Part shown: positions 61,401 through 64,000 of the stretch, piece by piece
How positions within the stretch are numbered: position 1 is the stretch's first letter
Layout: each line of letters begins with the position of its first letter
Origin: Nemertoderma westbladi
Lineage: Eukaryota > Animalia > Xenacoelomorpha
Reading direction: 5' to 3'
DNA length: 64,000 bases
Assembly (NCBI GenBank): GCA_032718475.1
Contig: JAUCBJ010006747.1
Location: forward strand, 1-64,000
Notes under the pieces: model-generated
Told to the model about the DNA's origin: nothing
Database searches by the model: none
The model's input: only the letters and a program-made list of their open reading frames with translations
Translations under genes and position numbers: made by a program

Positions 61401-64000
61401 GAATACTGTAACAGGTGTTTTCGAGGTCTCTGATTACGATGAAACTAGTTATAAATATTTTTGGTAATGCAAACCCAATTTTAGTGCCATTCTAGTGCCC
61501 CAGAACGAAAATTACAAGTAGCACAAACATATAAACTATTAAATTTTGCCTTTGGTTTTGTAATTCTGTTGCTATACTGGTTTTCAAGGTAGTTGATCAC
61601 GATACAACACATTACAAATCATTCGTGGTGACGCAACTGTAAATTTTGGTGCTTGTCTGGTGGGACGAAAATTACAAGTAGCAAACATTTCAAATTGCAA
61701 AAAGCGAATTTGGTTGGATAAAACGATATTTTTGAGTGTCATATTCGTGATCAGCGTCCCAGAAAATCCATAATGTCTAAAAATCAGGTTGATTTGGTAA
61801 TGATTTTTGGTTATCAAACTTTTGCAACCGGTACATGTATTTTTCGTGCCGCACATTGACACATATAAAAAAAAATGTTTTATTCGTGTTCAGCATTCCA
61901 AAAAAACCATATGGTTATAAAACAAATTTAATTTTGTGGTGATTTTTCATTATCATATTTACACTACGATTTTTTTTCGTGACCCAGAGGGCACATTCAA
62001 AATTACCAACAATTTTCTAGAATGTTGTATTTGAGTTCAATATTTGTGATCAGTGTCCAAAAAAACCGCTATATAGCGCAAAAAAATTAATTTTAGTGAA
62101 TTATAAAAACATTTGAAAATTTTAGCACGAAAAATACCTGAGATGGACCAGAGAAAGGGACCACATCAAAAAATTAACATTGGTTGCGAGAAAAGGGACC
62201 TGCGTTTTTAATTTTTTGTTTTTATTTAAACACTCCTAACTTTCAATATTTGTGATCAGTGTACAAAAAAACCGCTATATAGCGCAAAAAAATAAATTTT
62301 AGTGAATTATAAAAACATTTGAAAATTTTAGCACGAAAAATACCTGAGATGGACCAGAGAAAGGGACCACATCAAAAAATTAACATTGGTTGCGAGAAAA
62401 GGGACCTGCGTTTTTAATTTTTTGTTTTTATTTAAACACTCCTAACTTTTTAACGAAAAACGATATTAACGAAAACTGGCTCCATATTCGGAAAGCCCAG
62501 AAAATTCTGCATCTAATAGGCCTAAAAACGCAAAATCGACCCCCAGGTCCCTTTTCTCGCAACCAGCCACCATCACCATCAGTGTCACAAAACGTCTATG
62601 ATCACGGTAGATGGTCTGGTAAGCAATTATTGTTCGTGACTGGGGTTTGTGTGGGGATTAAATTTTACTCAAAACCAACCAAACACTGTAGACTGTAGGC
62701 ATACTGTAGTTTCACAACAATTACTGTAAGTAGAAGGTAATTAAAGTATTATTTCGGTCTGCTGAATACTGTAACAGGAAGTCGGGGTATTATATTCACT
62801 CGGTTGTGGTATTATATCTTATATTTAGTCCACTGAGACCCAATACTGTACTGGTTCCGGCTGTGGGAATTATAATTAAACAATACAGTCAACTGCTGCA
62901 TGGTCTATTGAACAAAAGTATTACACAGTAGCATGAAGTTTAGTTTGAATTGATATATTACCTTAATTGAAAATAACAATGACACTAAACTGTAGTGGGG
63001 CCTTTGTGCAGCAAAAGCTACAAGATATCTTAGCGAACAATTATAAATTTACTATGGCTAGTTATATCTCTGGATTTCGACAATTATGACTTCCGACACA
63101 CACTGACACACACACCCGACCCCAGAGACTTTTAGAAAACGGCCATAATATAATTATAACATTTCGCTGATGGCTCGCAGTTTTGACTCGCCCCTCAAAT
63201 TTGATATAGTTTCAAAGCTTAGGTTTGGTTTGATTTAAATATACGTGACTGCCCTGCAATCTGTGATGTTCTCATTGTAGTTTTAGGAACGAATTACCGG
63301 AAAGAAAAGATGGACGGCTTTGAACTTTTTAAATCGAAACTTAAGAGTTGAAAATAAGTTTTAGCACCACAGGGTGTTTTCATGTAAATTTGGCGCTATA
63401 GAAATATACAAATTATAATAATACATAAAATTATTACATAGTTACTGTAGAGTGTATAGTTAATCATTGTAGCCGTGATGGTTCATGTTTAATATAAACT
63501 ACCAACTGTCAGTGTCACCACCAAGTGTCAGACTTCCAACCGCGGTGGTCACCAGTTCGATCCCACCTGGACGTCATTGCCGTCTTTGCAAATACAAAAA
63601 AAATGAAGAGAGCTGCTGAGCTGAAGATTTAAGAAGGCGGTTGAACCGAGCCCGAATTTCACGTCAGGCAAACGAGACTTACCGCTGCGCCGGTACTTCA
63701 CTTTCCGTTCACTAGTACCCAAGGTATTGTTCGTGGTAATTTCCTGCACATTTAAGGCCCGGGTTCTTACCTTGAATCAATCCTCGCGCCCACGCGCTCA
63801 GGCCCTTCGCGATTTCAGGTACGGCCCGCCCCCCCTACTCCACTCTGCTCGCTTCCTCTCCACTCCGATTTTCGCGTTTTTAGAATATTCGGTGACGGTT
63901 CTATTTAAACACTATTTTGTGATTAATGGAGATGTTTCTTAATTATATTTCAATATTTGACATTTTTTTATCAAATATACTAATTACTAAATATACTAAT
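55420..64000. repeat. Three near-identical ~2.7-kb tandem units with rearranged junctions
   Basis: Identical markers at 56975/59626/62390 and 58317/60963/63727; internal ~205-bp subrepeat present 3, 1 and 2 times. Confidence 0.95.

Noticed and set aside
56975-63942. Triplicated 102-, 66-, 71- and 92-aa ORFs as a gene cluster
   Set aside because: Mostly non-ATG starts, no motifs; identity simply reflects the tandem DNA repeat.

Overview
This is AT-rich animal (probably invertebrate) genomic DNA dominated by transposons. Its centrepiece is a complete but decayed 24.1-kb Maverick/Polinton (endogenous double-jelly-roll DNA virus) at 19726-43787, with AGTAGTAG...CTACTACT termini, ~410-450 bp terminal inverted repeats (TIRs) and a perfect 6-bp target-site duplication (TSD, GACGAG). 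It carries a packaging ATPase, retroviral-type integrase, two tandem minor capsid genes, basic core-like proteins, major capsid, adenain-type protease and a ~1350-aa protein-primed PolB. The PolB and one penton can be rebuilt in frame by removing three nested insertions (TA-TSD MITE, 5-bp-TSD TG..CA element, 8-bp-TSD hAT-like element). The most unusual cargo is a cryptic TBP-like gene overlapping the PolB 3' end and a PC4-like ORF upstream of PolB, plus RING and DEDD-like ORFs, which together suggest a virus-encoded transcription/regulatory module. The element sits within BEL/Pao-like LTR retrotransposon remains. The flanks hold an F-box gene, a two-exon Shisa/CYYR1-like membrane protein gene with an orphan copy of exon 2 about 41 kb away, CRE-like non-LTR fragments (one amplified into a 48-bp minisatellite), two 21-bp minisatellites and a ~2.7-kb tandem repeat. 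All protein assignments come from motif recognition by eye; no database searches were run.
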